Source: the human T2T-CHM13v2.0 reference genome, Homo sapiens. From it: 64,000 nucleotides of DNA. The stretch's first letter is position 1. The number at the start of each line of letters is the position of its first letter. Positions 61,650-64,000 of this stretch are shown piece after piece. The translations under genes and the position numbers were made by a program. Where the stretch lies: NCBI RefSeq assembly GCF_009914755.1, contig NC_060928.1; one strand, 5' to 3'. The notes beneath the pieces were generated by a model. The model was not told the DNA's origin. It ran no database searches and saw only the letters and a program-made list of their open reading frames with translations.

Positions 61650-62075
61650 AGCAGAACAACAATGAGACAACATTTTTTGCCTTTCAAATGGGCAGAAATA
61701 TGGATAGATAAAGTATATAAAGGTAGCCAGACAGATAGAGGCAACATGACCTACTGCTCCTTAGGGTATGTAGAAATTGGCATTTCTGTTGGTTGCTTTT
61801 GGCATTGTAAATTCAAGCAATCTTTTTGAATTTATACAAAGAGTGGTAATGATATCATATGCTTTCAACAAGTTAGTTTTATTGTGGATAATATATCAAA
61901 AAGTAACCATCCAAAATATGGGAAAAACATATGTTCATAAAAAAGTGTTCAGAGTAGCGCAACTTATATAGATAAAAACAGTAAAGCAAGTATATATATT
62001 CAGCAGTAGAAAAAGGTTAAAGAATTTATGTCACATCCATTTAGTTTAATATTATACCACCTTAAAAACAGTATT
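61650..62075 (+). mobile_element. L1ME 3' fragment
   Basis: caatgagacaacattttt..tcagcagtagaaaaaggttaaagaatttatgtcacatccat. Confidence 0.55.
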
Positions 62076-62626
62076 ATAAAAATCAAGATTATTAAAATCA
62101 TGATTTGTTAAACTGTATTTATTAAAAATCATTAACAGAGTGTTCTTGGATCTTAGACACAAAGGGTTAAGTTAATCACCCTGTTTATTCCATACTATCA
62201 TTGATTTTCTCACTTTACTGAAAGTTTATTCCTTTTTATTCCTATATTCCACTCCCATTTTCATAGTATCCCCACTACATGCACTACAAATATAAAAACC
62301 ATTTGTCTTAACATTCAATTTTATGTAATGTACATTTTTGATTCTATGTATTTTTATAAAATGTGTGCTCCTTTCTGAGTATTTTTAATTTATGTAAATG
62401 GGTTGTTATATTTTATCTACATTTTATAAATAGCATATTAAATATCTGTTTCTTTTTCATTACACATTGTTTAAATATTTACCCATATTACTATGTACAC
62501 ATCTATTCACTGTTTCTATTTACTAGGTAAAACATGTAGCAAATTACATGAAATAGCAGAGTATGAATATATATTGTGATATATAGTATATATATAGAAT
62601 ATGTATTACAATATATATATATTCCA

Positions 62627-63204
62627 TGATTACAGCAGAGGACATGAGTTACAATTAATGCTCTTTTAGCAGTTGCCATCTGCAGATGGCTAAGTGTTAA
62701 CCAGCTCAGTGGAGAGTCAGGGTGACAGTCTTTCACACTCATCCCTCTTGGTACTGGGGTCCCTGTCTGGCATCCGGGAAGAATCAGGTGACATGGACTT
62801 GAAGGATGGTGAATGTGGACGTTTTATTGAGTGTGGAGGTGGCTCTCAGCAGGGTGGGGAGCTGGAAAAGGGATGGAGTGGGAAGATTATCCTCCCCTGT
62901 AGTTCAGCTGTCCCCAGTCAAACTCCTCTCCAGCAGTCCAGCTGCCTCTTCAACATTCAGATGTTTCTTCCCTTCTCTCCTCTACTGCACAACTCTGCTC
63001 CTCTGCCAGTGGACTTTGGGGTTTCTGAGGGTACAGGATGCAGGGGCGTGATGGGCCAGGGTGATTATGAAAAAAGCAACATTTGGGCACGAAAACAGGA
63101 ATAACTGTTCTCATTTAGGGCCACAGTTTCCAGGCTTGAGGGTGGGGGCTTTGCTGGGGAACCGCCCTCTCTACCTAGTGTTTCCTTGCCTCCTGTCTGT
63201 ATCA
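62627..63204 (-). mobile_element. LTR27/LTR1-family ERV1 solo LTR
   Basis: Reverse complement starts tgatacagacaggaggcaaggaaacactaggtagagagggcggttccccagcaaagccccaccctcaagcctggaaac; left boundary uncertain, no TSD seen. Confidence 0.8.
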
Positions 63205-64000
63205 GTAATATTAAAAAACTGGAAATAATTCACCAGATTTTCTTATGGTTGACTTGGTATCACACGAGTTTCTGAGTATCTTTATACTGAAAACATCAAC
63301 AACATTAAGTATATCTCATGCTTTCCTGAGAGCAGAATGAGACTTTTGGCAGAGGTTTCAGTATTTAAGTTCCTAAATTATCTTGTCTCTGTGAAAATTC
63401 TGCATTATCCATAGTTGTCAATCTGATTGGACAGGATATATGCTAATAAAAATTTCACTTTTAAAAATTATCACCCAAATGTTTTCTATGGTGTGGATAT
63501 CCACTCAATTGTATGTTTTCTAGACATAGAGTACTTCTTCCTACTCTTTCAATCCAATTTGTTTATTTAAAAAAAGTATAGTCTTTCAGAAAAATATTCT
63601 AGTCTCTAAATATTTTAGAGAAATATGATCTGATTGTTATCACCAAATTCATTGTATTTAATACTTTACATTAAAATATCAAGGTTTTTTTTCTTCTTAT
63701 CAATACACTTTACATTGGTATATCAACCAAAAACACATATAGTTATTTTGTATTATTTCATATTATTTTCTTTTGAGAATTATTATATGTCCTTCACTTT
63801 ATTCACTTTATTTCACACCTATAAGTTAACTTCTTTCTTTTTAAATTTAATTTAAAGCTTTGAGTTCAGGTAGGTTGAAGTTTCCTCAGTCCAACATGAT
63901 CTTCATAGGTCTTATGAGATGATTATGATTCCTAGCTAGGAACTCACTGCCCAAGTTTGTAAAAGCATTGTCCAGAAATCCAATGGTTGCTTTACAGAGT

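Overview
AT-rich primate (human-like) non-coding genomic DNA, either intergenic or deep in a large intron. I cannot support any protein-coding gene, RNA gene or CRISPR-type system, and I cannot name the locus. The long ORFs in the track are relics of L1 ORF1/ORF2, Alu, LTR or microsatellite sequence. Much of the window is recognisable transposon remnant: 7 Alu/FLAM copies, L1PA/PB/M fragments, L2, MIR, MaLR LTRs, ERV1 solo LTRs (LTR28, LTR1/27-like, MER41B) and hAT/Mariner MITEs, several of them nested with visible target-site duplications (TSDs). The most interesting signals are: (i) a 35-bp tract with apparently private substitutions shared by two inverted L1 copies of different age about 11 kb apart, a probable ectopic gene conversion; (ii) a twin-primed L1 with a perfect 17-bp TSD and an unusually large internal gap; (iii) an L1 fragment with no tail and no TSD sitting in a contiguous host element; (iv) a MER41B LTR keeping both tandem GAS motifs; and (v) candidate regulatory islands and cryptic exons in otherwise unexplained DNA. 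Subfamily names are recognised from memory of consensus sequences and need RepeatMasker/Dfam confirmation. I see no evidence of a new multi-gene biological system.
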